The notes: generated from the letters alone by a model not told the origin. Shown: positions 36,665 to 50,161, numbered from the whole stretch's first letter. The stretch: 59,099 nucleotides of DNA, filler included, from Sphacelaria rigidula (GCA_964200075.2; 6 parts of 6 records of this genome joined end to end with filler, not necessarily neighbours in it), one strand, 5' to 3'. Made by a program: numbers and translations.

Positions 36665-39298
36665 GTGTATTACAATCTCCATGATTCAAGAGTCACGACG
36701 GCGGTGTCTGGAAGAAACATTCTCAGTCATCAACGGCGTGAGAAACGATGGAACCAGTAACATGAATAGCAGCGCTTCACCAGTATAATAGCGAACAAAA
36801 CAAATAAAGGGGAAGGAGAACGAAGGGAACAGCAATATAATCGAACAAAACGGGTTCACGCGTGTGCATTTGGCCAGGGTATCGCGTGTCGGGGACAGCC
36901 AGGTTTAAATTCATGGACTCCCAAGGGAATTCTGACTCCATGTCAACCTGTTCGGACAGCATGGGAAAATCCTGGCCGCTTGTCAACCTGTTCGGACAGC
37001 ATGGGAAACTCCTGCCCCCCCTGTCAACCTGTTCGAAAACATATTGGAAAATCTTGGATCCCTGTCAACCTGCTCGAAAACACATGGGAAATCCTGGATC
37101 CCTGTCAACCTGCTCGAAAACACATGGCAAACTCCTGGCCCCCTTTCAACCTGTTCGAAAGCACATGGGAAATCCTGGATCCCTGTCAACCTGCTCGAAA
37201 ACACATGGGAAACTCCTGGATCTCTGTCAACCAGTTCGATAACACATGGGAAATCCTGGATCCCTGTCAACGTGTTCACACGCGCATGGGAAACTCCTGG
37301 CCCCCTGTCAACCTGTTCGAAAACACATGGGAAACCCTGGATCTCTGTCAACCAGTTCGCACGCGCAAGGGAAACTCCTGCCTCCCTGTCACCTGTTCAA
37401 AAAAACATGGTCTTGACATCTTGAGCCTTCGTCCTCGCCCATTTTCCTTTATGCAATCAAATCCTGCTTGTTCGCTGTATGGTGCAAGCATATATATATA
37501 TATATATGGTTCATACAACTTTCTCGTTCATCCATTCGATGTCCGACTTGTATGTTGGCAACTTGCATAGTCTCCGCGGTAAACAGATGAGTCGTTCATC
37601 ACAAGCCAACAACATTTTTATCAGATTATTTCCGGTATAAGTCTCGGTAAAGGAATGTGTGGTGTGTGGAACCCCTGGACTATCAAGACCAGAAGAATGT
37701 AGCCCTGCCCCCGGGACGGTCATAGCGCGCGCAGGTAGACGGCCATCTTCGAATTGATTGTCGGAGCACGCGCATGTAGATGGTCATCTTTGAATGGATT
37801 GTCAGAGCGTGCACAAGTAGACGGTCATCTTCGAATTGATTGTCGGAGTGTGCACGAGTATAGACGGTCAACGGGAACTGACGGAGCATCCGCCTGGTGG
37901 CCTCATGCAAACACATCAGCATGCAGCTTCTCTCATAGCCGCTCGATCGTTGTGGATCTGGGTTGATTATCACACTCATGAGTGGCTACATAGAAATTGG
38001 CAGGCGGGCGCCAACAATGATGGTTGACGAGCCACTGTTGCAGGCTTCATGCAGTCCTGTGATCCACCGCTGCGAGTAATATTGATCAAATAATGATATT
38101 TCAGTAGTGCACCTGAAAACAAACATCCACGTACTCACAGTCGAATGGTAAGCTGAAAGTAGATGGTTGGGTTTGATCTCTTAGAACCAAAACAACTTAA
38201 AATAACTCTCCATTTGTTCTACGCATGCATGGCTCGCATAATCTCTTTGAAGATATCTACCAAGGGCGCAAAAAATCAAACAGGGGGAGCCACGTAGAGG
38301 TTACATCCATTTTCCACTACAATGAAGCATTGCGAGAATTAATGATTTGCCCCCCCTGATCAGGGGGTAGGGTGAATACCTCATGTTTCGTTCATTCAAG
38401 CCTCGCAATTTCCGTTCATGGCTAATCGGCTTACATGGCACGTGCCTGTTAGCATGTATGCAGACAGTATGACATTACGGTTACACAACAGATTTTCGTG
38501 CATTAGCGGACGGCAGCATAACAATGTCATTCTCTATCAGTTGCATACACGGTCATGTACGAGGTACGGTTATTAGGTGCACACAGAAACGATCACCCAT
38601 GTATTGAATAGTCGTGAAGAAAAGTCAAAGAACATGATTGGGTCTGATTTCTTCAAAATCGGAGCAGATATGACATAGCCCCGAAGTTCTCAAGCATGTA
38701 TGACTCGCCCATACCCTTTGGAGCTATCCACCAAGGGCAAAACTACCAATCAGGATGAACCACGTTGAAGTGACATTCAATTTCCATGACAATAACACAC
38801 ATTTAACGCATCAATGATCTGCTCCCCCCCTGACCGGGGTAGGGTAAAAACCCCGCGTTGATTCAAGCTTCGCAATTTGCGTTCACGACGAATCGGCTCA
38901 CATGGCATCGTGCCTTGTAGCATGTATGCACAACCAGTATGGTATTACGGTCACACAAGCAGTTTCGTGAATTTGCAAAGCATGGAGTAAAACGACATTC
39001 TTTCACCGTTTCATACGTCGTCATACATGAGATACTCGAGCAAGTGGTTCGCGATCCTAGACGTATATATATTATGCTGTATGTACTCGGTACTAATTGT
39101 AGCCGACAACATCTCGATAGCCCTGTGTATCTCTTCTACAGGCCGTTCGTTAACTCCCATCTGCTGGTTGATATCGCGTTCAGTATTTTCACTCAGGCAA
39201 CACTGCCATCACCACCTCATGTGTCCCCACAGTATATAGACTCGAATAAACAGTACAGTACACGGCGAAGTTTCTTCCGCATGCATAGTCCGACATTT
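36665..39298 (+). repeat. Large direct repeat, copy 2 (about 2.6 kb; extra ~290 nt at about 37917-38203)
   Basis: Colinear with 29735-32037. Confidence 0.92.
36941..37410 (+). repeat. Minisatellite, same ~40-nt unit, about 12 copies
   Basis: Direct inspection. Confidence 0.9.
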
Positions 39299-39367
39299 AA
39301 CAGCCGATCCTAATTTTTGGGGTTGAAACATAAAATGAGGTTGAAGTCCCATTTCTCCATTGCAGGG

Positions 39368-39467
39368 NNNNNNNNNNNNNNNNNNNNNNNNNNNNNNNNN
39401 NNNNNNNNNNNTTAATTAATTAANNNNNNNNNNNNNNNNNNNNNNNNNNNNNNNNNNNNNNNNNNNN
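39368..39467. other. Artificial contig linker
   Basis: Same 100-nt spacer. Confidence 0.97.
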
Positions 39468-41990
39468 GATTTCAATCCTCCGGGTTCTCATCCTCATCAA
39501 TGAAAAGCACCATCCTCAACATAGATGATTGGCTGTTTGTTCCATGGTTGCTTCGGATGTTTAAGAGGACCCGAAGCGGCCACCTTCCCCGTCGTTTTCC
39601 GAAGATGCAATGGGGGAACCCGGGTATCGGGGGAAAACCCGTCGCGAAAGTATATAGACGGGGTCGAAATCCAACCGAGATGCAAGGGTAAACCCAAAAC
39701 CCCCAGGACGAAAAACGTCCTTGCCAATTGTACCACCTATGCTATATAACCTCTTAAGTTGTAGGAGAAACAGAACAAAATAAATGGTTTATCCTACTGA
39801 TGAAAGACGGAAATGCAAAAAACGCCAGCGGTAAAGCACTGAATGGCACTTGGGCATGCCACCGCGGAGGCGGATCGTAGAAACGATATGCATACATATG
39901 CCACTACCTTGTCCCCAGTCGTATTCGGACTGTCAACTCTACAAATAACCGTGATGAGGGCGATACCGATATTTGGAGTTGGGCAACTTTGAAATTCCCG
40001 AGAAAGCACACACCGACCACACAGCAGATCCACTGGACCGGTGGGGAAGTATTGCGCAAGAAGAGAGGTGTTGGTTCGCTCACACAGCGGCGAACGGGGC
40101 GACTCTTTACATGTGTATGAGGTGGGATACCACCCCCCGCACGTGATCCGAAATCAAGATTATTTTTGCACCTTTTCCAAAATCGAGACAAAACAGGCCA
40201 TTTTACGGGCATCAATATCAAGGTTTGAGTTGAGATTTACTGTACAAAACCCAGCTATATCAGTATAGGACACCATGGAGAAGGATGCGATGCGTGTTGG
40301 CATGTGCAGATCTGCCGCTGCTGGGGCGGAGTTATCGAGAGCCGCAGTAGTGGATCAGAACTCCGCAATTCTGGGCCGACGACAGGAAGCATCCACTGCT
40401 GTGCTCGCCATCGCAGACCCCAACCTCTTCAATTGCGGGTTCTCAGCAGTAGCTAGTACCATTGGCTACTGCTGTGGGCCTGTACTTGAGCAGGTTAGGA
40501 TCTGTGGTGGCGAGTACAGCACTGCAAGGTATTTGCTGTGGTGTAGATTGCGGAGTTCTGGAGGAGGTATTGCTGCACTGCTTTGGCTCTCGACAACTCG
40601 TTCCCTGCAAAAGATATAAGCATGTCAACACGCACCACACCCTTCTTTAGGCTGTCTTCTATTCATAGCACCCATGAAGGTACAGGAGAGTGTTCATGTG
40701 AACGGGTACACCAAGGGCTATGACATTATACATAGGTGGTGCACTCGCTGTGATATCCGTCATCATTTTTTACACAGAGACGGTGTAGTTGGGATTGTTA
40801 GAACACGACAATCGCATGCGGCAAGCACCGCAGATCGTGCGCGTTGTTGCACACCACATCGTCAGCTACCGCCGCTGCACCATCGGACGGAAGGGCGTGA
40901 GGAGTGCACAAGACTGTTGCTACAATGTGTGGAAGCAACTGAGCAAGTGGAAACTTCTCCATACACCCGGTGAGTGGTAAGAGCTTTGCCTCCAGCGGCA
41001 TGGGTGTGCTCTACGCGCAGCAGTCCGCAGCCGCATACCCCTCGCGTGCAACCGATGTATTTGAGGTTCCTCCAGTGGGCCGAACATACAAAGGCCCCAC
41101 GTGCTTTGTTATGTACTCGGCCGATGCTGTGCAAATTTTGGGGACAATCGACCCGCAGTGAAGCGAGAACGGCGCGTATTATCTGCCAAAAAGCCTGCAG
41201 GATTCTGCTGCACGCTACAGAACCCCGCCAAACGATGAAACGAGTTGCCCCGACACCTGATGCGCTGTCTCGTTGTACTGCCGTTGTGTGCCGCCATACT
41301 GTTTGTACTGTTTGTACTGTTTCTTACACACTTCATCTCCCCGGCGCTATCTTTTCGATACACCATGTACAGTACATGGCGCGCGGTTTGCGCTATACCT
41401 CGGGCAACAGCCCGACTCTGCAGTACAAACGTACTGTACTGGACTGTTGCACCGCACGCACAGGACCAGGTTGGGGGCACGGGGGAGCAGGGAAGGAGAT
41501 GACCCCCCGCCCTCCTCCGACAGGAACTCGTATGTTCTGCAGCTCACACCGACGCGTGTTACTTCAAGTATGACTGCTATACTTCACAGTATCAGCCGGA
41601 GGGGCACGGCGAAGGTATTGCAGCACATTTCATCCCGTCCCCATTGTGTTCCTGTACAGCAACATCGGATGGTAGAAACCGAGGATTAAAATTTAATGAG
41701 GGCGCGATCTTAATGAGATGGAAATCCGGTGATTGAGAATCCTCGTGCCCATACTACTGGGTGGATATATCATTGTATTTCCTGGCATCCCGGTGGACAA
41801 CGATGACTACTACACGCCGTACAAACTCGTCAACCGAAAGTCGATACGTCGGGGGTCCCATGCGAAGACGGTGTTGGGGAATGCTGTTTATCCGTTGCGA
41901 TCACCTCAATGTGCACGCGACTTTTATTCTCCAAGTGGGACACCAATCCTTCCGCGATCGGGGTCTTAGGTTAGGGGTACGATCTGGATG

Positions 41991-42100
41991 CACGGGTGGC
42001 CACTGGGGTGCCTGCAACCTCAAATTTGGACGTTGCAGACGTTACACAAGGTCTGTAACGTCCAGATTTGAGGTGACAGGCACCCCAGTGGCCACCCGTG
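41991..42100. repeat. Near-perfect 110-nt hairpin
   Basis: cacgggtggccactggggtgcctgcaacctcaaatttggacgttgcagac / gtctgtaacgtccagatttgaggtgacaggcaccccagtggccacccgtg with a 10-nt loop. Confidence 0.85.
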
Positions 42101-43478
42101 TGGGGTACTGTAATCGCAAGAAATTCTACCCAATATTAAAGGTGGATAGGGGCAGTTGATACCCGGATATGTAGGGTATTCAACACTTTTTTCACCCCGT
42201 ATTCGAATTAGTCGGGGGCGCACGTCTTCACCCGACCGGCGAGGAGATATGTTGCACGGTCTTTTTTTCTCTGAGTGTGTTTCATTTTCGTTTTTCTTGG
42301 GTACGTCTATCATGACACCACGGCTGGACCCCTGGAGAGTCACTTAAAGTGCGACAATCAAATCAAGAATAAGAAAAAACATCTTCACCCGACCGGCGAG
42401 GAGATATGTTGCACGGTCACCATATACATCCGCTCATATGTTTGGCTAGTCGGAGGAAGGCTCTATTGTGCTCGTGCTCGTGGAAACAAGAAAGTGTTGC
42501 GAAACAAGTCTCTACATGAACTGCCGCCAGCACACCCCTTGACACTGTAGCCGCGGCAGAGCACGAGCCACCATGCTGTTGGTCCTGTATCCCGACTCTC
42601 ACGCCGCCCGTGTCCACATTTCGGACAATCCACGCAGGGACCAGAGGCGCCGACGGGAGCTACATCGGGGAATATGGACATTCATCATGATCATGACGCA
42701 AACCCTGTCTGCGTGGACTCCGTTCGGTTGGAGGTGAGGTAGAGCACCGTGTTCTTCCTGGTGCGGACAGGCATGCACATCTTCGCCGGGCGGTACGGCA
42801 TTTACCCCGCGACGTTCCAAACGTCAAGCTACGGGCTGGTCATTTGACGCTGGGCGCCGCCACTTTCAGCCTCGAACTCCTGTCGTGAAACGGGGCAGGG
42901 TACTGAAAGGGTAGACTTGTTTGGTTACAGTAGAATTTGGCGTTTAGCGTTCGTCATTTTCACCTCCCATCCACACACGCGTATTAAAGTAAAGCTGTGC
43001 TGAAGCGCCACACCTGGTGACTCCGTGCGTGCAATCCACAGGCCCAGGCTGACAGCGACACCGATCACGACTCAACCGATGACTTCGGCGCGGTCGCGCG
43101 TGATCTGTACGGCAGGGAGGAGCCAGAACGCGAGACACCACGGCCCAGAAAGGACGCGCCGCTCGCGGGGGAAGGCCCGTCATGTGAACAGCAGAAGCGT
43201 TTGACAACCATTACGAGTAAGGGTGGAATCGTCGCCCCCTCGCGTCACTCGAAATACGAATGATGTAAATCGTGATGATGACATCGCTGCGCGTGGCCAG
43301 GCGAGACGCACGCGTCAAGGTATGCCGCACGGCCGCTCCGGCGACTGGACCTTTCTTCGAGTCGGCCATGCCCCGCCGCACAGAATGCCACGCTCAATGT
43401 GGTAGTCTCACCCCCCTGCCCGATAACCACACTGCGCACCTCCCGCCTGTACATCCGGCAGAATGCTTCACTGGTGCC

Positions 43479-45859
43479 ATGAACATCAGTGCAGTCGAAG
43501 ACGCAGACGAGCATGAGGTTGAGCTTGATATGTTCGCCGAGCTAATGGCGGGAACACCTGATGGGTTGGATGAAGCGAGGCAGGCAGTGATGACCGTCGG
43601 GGAGGCCGAAGATTTCACCACCCACTCGGGGGCGACGATGCCGCTGCCTCCCCCCTCGGCCGAGCGCTCAGCGGCGACGGTGCCGCTGCCCGCCCTGGCA
43701 ATCCGGCACTCAGCGGCGACCGCGCTGCTACCCCCCCGGCCTAGGCAGCACCCAGGTGGGGCGCCGCCGGTACCCGCGACGTCAAAGCACGAGTCAGTAG
43801 CGGCGGCGACGGTATCTGCGCCCTCAACGCAACAAGCACCGGTGGCGGAAACTGTAACCACCCATGCAACACAGGGGTTGGCAGCGGCGGCGACGCGCCC
43901 CACTCACTCGAGGCAGATCCCCGCCGCGAGGCCGGCGGTACCCCCCCGCGGGACCCTGTCCTCGGCGGGGGGAGCAGGCGTGCCTCCGGATAAGCACAGC
44001 TTTAACCGGCAGCTGAGAATTGACTGTGCGGACCTCCACAGTGTTCTGCAGGTTCTCGGTCCCATTGTCAACGTAGTTTTTGCTACACGTTCGCGTCATG
44101 TCCCGCAGTCGCGTCGCCCGTGTCGACTGCGGAGATCGGTGCCTTCGGCGATCAGCTTGTCCACCCTGCCGTCTCTACTCCTTCGCCTCTATTTCTCACT
44201 GGCAGCAACAATTTCATTTCACATAGACATTGTATTGGGAAGGGTTCAACATCGCCGTAGGTTGTGATGCTGTTGACGGCCCCTGTTGCTCCTCCCGCCA
44301 TTGCGGCAGGACTTCAACAGGATAATGGAACAGAACATTGACAAGCTACCTTCGGCGACATCCATGGAGGCCACGGTGGCGAGAATCGTGCGCAAATCTT
44401 GCGCAGAGGAGATGAAGTGGCTAGTACCGGTGGCCAATGCCGTGCTGGACCTGCCGGAAACTCGTGCAGAGATACGGCGCTTGTCGCAACATCTCATCAC
44501 AGTTCTCCCCACTGTCACGACGGGACCCGCGAATTCTTCTCGAGCTGCGAAGTTCACCATGCTTAGGCAAAGCAGGCGCCACGAACACAAGATGGTGTGT
44601 ATCGCTCAGCCTGCGGTACAGGCCGCCGCGGCCCACATCTGCCGCCACTCAGACACTGTAGACCCAACGCCCAGAGCACAGCGGGCCCTTGCGCTCCTGC
44701 ACGGATTCATTGACAAGGTACGTTCAAGCTGGAGGTCGTTTGCTTTCTCCGTCGCAAGGCCGGGCGCCCGTGGGTTGATGATATCGGCTTCATCTACCTT
44801 CGGATTTTGTACTCGCGCCGCTGTAACGTGTCGCGTCGCCGTAGTCACGAAAACAGGCGCTGCGTTGAAAGGCTAATCGCACAACTGCGCCTGTTTCTTT
44901 CCGGTCTTCCTCTGTAACCCCTGCATGCTGTCACACAGGTCACGTGTGAGACCCTAACGTCGGCGGTTGATCGCGCGAACGTCGTTGTCTTCAGGTGCCC
45001 AAAGGGTGCGTTCGAACTGCATCGCGATCGCGCCGCCGTGTTGTATCTAGTGTCGGGGTGGCTACTCAGCGCGGGATTGACTCACGTTCGCCGGAATATT
45101 CATGATCGCGACATCTTCCTGCAGGTTTTGAATGCGCTGAAGTATGTCGACATCCGCGATTTCAATCGGCGCGCACCGGCGAGCATTCGTGGGTTAGAGA
45201 TGGAAGCAGTCCGCCGGAATGAAGTATTCAACGGGAAGAGTTTGTTGTTGTCCACGTCGGATGTTTACGACCTGGTGCGGCGCTGGGAGGCCGGGTATCA
45301 CAACGCGTTTTCGAAGCCTTACCCCCTGTGTACATACATGGGAGATCTCCCCAACGAAGTCAAGAGAGTGGTAGGACGGGAGGAAGCCGTTCAGCTTCAA
45401 TGGAAGCAGTGTGTCAACGCCGCACCGGGGTGGAAAAGTGACCCCGATGCTAAGCGGGCTCTGTATGACTTTATTTTTCAAAAGTATCACAACGTCAGAG
45501 TAGCGGAGTACTGTAGACGCTTGCGCATGGTTTCCAACCTATTCAAGAGGGAGAAGGCCACACAGCAGGCCCTGCGGGCTACGCTGAAAGCCGCCCGCGT
45601 TGTCGCCAAACCTCGCGAGGAAGAAACCAAAGACAGCGCCGGCGGCGGCGCACGTAGGAATACGGAGCAGATCGGACGAGCAAAGGCAGATCTCGTTGCA
45701 TTAGGGTTGACGGAGGTGTCCTTCGCCCAGCTCACGGTGGCGCAGCGGAGGGGCCACATCGAAAACGTGGGTGGTTCTCTCAAGGGACAGAGCAGAGCAC
45801 GGAAGGGGGAACTGCAACTTCAGTTGAAGTTCCTGGTGCCGGGTATCATACACAGATAG
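43479..45859 (+). CDS. Uncharacterised 633-aa protein, probably transposon-associated, with P-transposase-C-terminal-like motifs and a C-terminal SAP-like motif: join(43479..44051,44310..44717,44939..45859)
   Basis: Three open phase-0 GT-AG exons. Motifs are VLYLVSGWLL, LLLSTSDVYDLVRRWE, FIFQKYHNVRV and FAQLTVAQRRGHIENVGGSLKGQSRARKGELQLQL. The start is uncertain (possible acceptor at 43461). Confidence 0.65.
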
Positions 45860-48152
45860 GTCGGGACTGGAACCTTGGAGGATACTGGTCATGTGCGATG
45901 AGAAAGGTGGGCGGGTGCACATTTGCGGGTTGGAATTAGGTGTGCGGCGGGTGTTACTGACCGTTTGTGGTCCAAGAAACATGGTGGTCGCGCTCTGGCG
46001 CAGTGAATACGTGCACTTGAAAAATAAAATCAATCTTTTCTTTCGTTTCCGTTTTTTTTTTCAGGTATTGGAGTGATTTTCTGCGTGTTCTGAGGAGTTG
46101 TCAACGTCGCTGTTGGCTCTTGACTCGATTTTCAAGCTCAATTCATAGATTTGTGATTCGAAACTTGGCGTCGAGAATCCCGGGTGTGCCGAATGAAAAA
46201 CAATCAGACGTTCATATCTTCGAGGGGGGAGAGTTTCGGCCGTTCCCGGACAACAAATGGCCGTTGCCACGCTAAAACGCCCCAACCGATTACAAAAATA
46301 AAATATAACCAACCTGCCTCATTTTCCTCGCTCAATCGTGAACTATCTAGGTCCCGCCCGAGAATTCAATACTTCAGCATCGGACGGGGGCCGCTGAGCG
46401 ACCCGCAAGATATTATTCCGGGTTGCCACAGGTCCGGTTTGCAAAAGGCCAACTCGAAATTATGTGCCTGGTGGGCCCTGAGCTTTGGTGTGCTGGATTA
46501 ACCGGGTGCGAGAAAAAAACATGCATGAGCCCAAAGAGTTGTGTTGCTTTTTCACAAGTTTCATGCAATAACCACTTGACGCGTTTTGGGAAGATGCCGT
46601 TGAATCACGAAAACACATCTCGGGATACATGCATAACTTTTCTTTATATGCCCTATTTCGACCGAATTCGGCTTGTTTTGAAATAAGTGAAGGCTGCGAT
46701 GTAAAGGGCATGTTTCGGACTAGGCGTAGCTGTCGGATGCAAGCGATGAACCGCAGAGAGCCAGTGACAGTTTTTGTCGCGCTTTCTGCCTCTCGGGTTG
46801 CCAGGGTTGTTCTCTGCGTTACAGAAAAGGGGTGATACATGACCATTTTTTTCGGGCCGATTGATCGTTTTTAGGCATTTCGCGCCCGCTCCCTGTTGCA
46901 CGAACAGCGTAAAAGAAGACGCAGTTCAAATGAAACCCCCCCCGAAGATATCAAAAAGAAATATCGCCCACGGTATTGAATATGGTTAAGGGTCCGTGTG
47001 GTCATGGCGGACTTTACTTCGGGCGCAGAGGAAGCATATTCACGTTTGAGATCCTCGAAGATCATCCTCAAAAAGCGCCTTCGCGGCCTGAAACATTTTT
47101 CCCCTTCGTGTTGGAGTGATGCTACGGTAGGGGTGCACAAATACTTTCTGAAGTTAGAATTGTTGGGAGCCATTAATCTAATGCAAAACACAACCTGCGA
47201 AAATATGTGAAAGTATGCCAGGATTAGTGCTCCAATATGCTGGGCATATCCCGAATGAATTTGCAAACGGGGATGCCCTGACCCATATTTGTGCGCATCT
47301 AGAAGCGTTGGGAGCCCCTGAACTAGGGATAATTTCGCGAAAAAAGTGCACCGCTACCGTCGCATTGGTTGTTGCACGTTCCCCGTGCTAACATCGGAAT
47401 CCCATTCACCGACATTCACGCGGGAATATGTGAGTGATAGTCGGCGCCGGTACGTTTTTGGCACAATATGAGGGCGGCCGGTAACCAGGTCGGTGTTGGC
47501 ATCCACCATTTGCAAAGTCGGGATGTAGAATCGCGCGCGCACCCCGGGATACTGAATGAGTCACATTCGAACTTCCTCCAGGACCGCAGCACCTTCTCCT
47601 GCGGCGAAAACCATCTGCCTTCACAGAAAATATAAGTTATATTACACCCTAATGGCCTCTTTCTCGATGTCATGACAGCATTTTATGGAAGTGTATGTCG
47701 AACCCACTCAACGATCTTGCAGGCCTCGCTGGTCAACGGCAAACTGTTCCCAGCCACACGGTATTCCATGACCGCACACTACGGTGACCTCGCAAACCCA
47801 TATTCAAATGACATCGCAGGCGTCGCGCATTCAACGACGGACGGGCTATCACGGGCTGCACCACAGGTGCACGACTGCCCCTCCCCCCCCCTTAAGAAAA
47901 CATGTAATACATTAGCCATCACGCGCGCAGTAATCGAAATGTTGTATTGTTTTGCGCGCTGCCATCATGGGATGTCTGTAGCTCTTGACGACGAGATGGG
48001 GGGCGAGATACCGGGGATGAGACGCACTGCCCGCGGTCCTATGACATGACTGGGCGACTCCCACCCCGGGGATCTCCGCATGACATTTCTCTCGGCGGTA
48101 TTGGTTGGCAATATTGTCACTGCAGACGTACCACCCAGAGCTAACAAGAAGT

Positions 48153-49090
48153 CTATGTTTCCCCATTTGGGCTCCAACCGGGATGCGTTCCGGCGTTCAA
48201 CCCCGTGGAAAGCACGAGCGAGTCACCATTGCGCGACGCGGACATTGACTGCTCCCTGGCGGGATTCCTCTGGGATCCCATGCCGGCCCGGAGGTGAGCA
48301 AACCAATGCTCGAGGATATCTTGCACGTCACGGCGCGGAGAGAGGGAAACCTGTGGTAAGAAACCAAGCTCAACAAGCGCAGACAGCAGCAGCTACCAAA
48401 ACAGGGAATTTCACCACACGCCGTGCGATGTGATGACTTCAACTCCCCACCTGACTGAAAACACGGGGGTGCAGGAATCGCCTCTTTTCCTCCTCTCTCA
48501 CCCACTCCCCGTGTGAGAATAGATAACGGCACATGGCGATAAAGCCCATGATGGTGAGGCGAAGGTCAAACCACGACTGCTCAGTGATGAAGGCGGTGCT
48601 GGCAGAGCCCGGACATACCGCCTCCAATACCTCCTGCCAGCTGTCGAAAACGTCGAAGATCTCCACCAGTCTTTCGATATGTATGGAGGTGGCCGAGAAG
48701 ATGTACCCTGCTTTCTTCGCCATATCCTTCGTGATCTACACCTTCGTCCGTCCGTATAAGCCTAATATCGATATTGGGCGTCCAAAACATAAGGGGAAAG
48801 CGTCCGGTGGACCGCCACATCTGCACGCACACTCTATGTTCCCCGGTTCCGCAAATACAACGGAACCCGACCTCATGGCAACGCGGAATGAATTTACGAC
48901 ACGAGGTGGATGGTGATGGGTTCGCGACGAGGAACCCGTCATAGCCCTGCAGGCGGCCCTCACCGTTGAATATGTCTGAGAAGTCGTTCATATATGTCGC
49001 CAATTTGGCATAGCACCATTGAGGACCGTTGATTTCGGTCTGGCGACCCTGCGCTGACTCCCGCATCGTCACGGCGGTCCTCGACAGACA
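48153..49090 (-). mobile_element. P-element superfamily (THAP9-like) transposase, 3' catalytic part; exons about 49090..~48875, 48735..48502, 48350..48153
   Basis: CLSRTAV...LATYMNDFSDIFN, FITEQSWFDLRLTIMGFIAMCRYL and SPRRDVQDILEHWFAHLRAGMGSQRNP match P-transposase motifs (FD+xN; R.nQD.LE.fF...R..GG.N.NP carrying the catalytic Glu). The 5' part is lost at the contig end and the first donor is uncertain. Confidence 0.75.
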
Positions 49091-49233
49091 CTGCGGGGGG
49101 CAGACGGGGAATATGTATCTACGTTGTCAGGAAGTGATCATGGCAGATGGGACGAAAAAACGAAGGGGGGGGGGTGTACTCATGATCATGCATGCCATAG
49201 TCATCAGACCATTGACCTCACATGCCTACAATG

Positions 49234-49333
49234 NNNNNNNNNNNNNNNNNNNNNNNNNNNNNNNNNNNNNNNNNNNNTTAATTAATTAANNNNNNNNNNN
49301 NNNNNNNNNNNNNNNNNNNNNNNNNNNNNNNNN
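49234..49333. other. Artificial contig linker
   Basis: Same 100-nt spacer. Confidence 0.97.
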
Positions 49334-50110
49334 CAGGTGCCCGCCCCCCAAGCGCGGTGTGGCTCGAGGAAAAACCAAAAAAAAAAAAAAAACAGCAATT
49401 CGCCCCCCCCCCCCCCCCCCCCACGACCACCACTTCATCTTGTATGCATGTCATAGGTGCACGCTTGCGGGGCGACCGACCGCGTGAGGGGAGGACAGAG
49501 GTGTCATTTCCCATGTCAGCCGGCATTACTTCGCGGTGGAATCAAATCATCGTCTGGTTGTTTTCATAATATGAATGTCAAGGGCCGCCGATGTGTCATT
49601 ATGCCAAGTCATTGAAGTGATGACAATCAGTGTACATCCCGTCAACTTGCAGCAGCGTGTTGCTAACACTCACTGCGGTACCGTAACTGACCCACCGAAA
49701 AAAGTTATTTCGCTCTGCAAAAGACTGAAAACCGCGGTCGAGCGTCGGATTTTTGTTTTTTATTTTCCTCGACGGATGGAGGAAAGCTAACCCCCACACT
49801 AACCCCGCAAACGGGTTCGTGTTCCGATTACCCGGAGGCTGCGGTAGACCGCCACGTGGCAGTCATGTGAGGTAGGCGTCTCGAGCGTTCGGAAAGCTAT
49901 GCTTAGGTAAATAAGTGTGGGGGTCGAACCCACTAGAATCCCCCATCAACTTGGCGCAGGGCACGCGCCGACATGCTCTTGGGAGCTCCGGCCGGGTGTG
50001 CATCCCCGAATTTCCTATGTTTTTGTTTTTGTTTTTCTGCGTGGATTTTTGTCGATTTTGTTCCGAAAAACTATTCTGAAATGTTCCGTCGTCAATAACT
50101 CACAAAGAAA

Positions 50111-50111
<1 letters not shown>

Positions 50112-50159
<48 letters not shown>
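50112..50159. repeat. (CA)n microsatellite
   Basis: About 24 CA units. Confidence 0.95.

Positions 50160-50161
<2 letters not shown>

Noticed and set aside
29932-37570. Repetitive ORFs (LSTCSKTHGK / PVNLFENTWE / PCQPVRKHMG) and a CRISPR-like look
   Set aside because: They come from a ~40-nt minisatellite that is open in several frames. There are no unique spacers and no cas genes, and the context is eukaryotic.
29735-39298. Full LTR retrotransposon
   Set aside because: No gag/pol ORF, PBS, polypurine tract or TSD is recognisable. Kept only as a direct repeat.
40640-42900. Coding-like fragments (HRWCTRCDIRHH; GIYPATF..AATFSLELL) reminiscent of CxC/KDZ transposon domains
   Set aside because: Short, broken by stops and frameshifts, and too weak to assign without a profile search.
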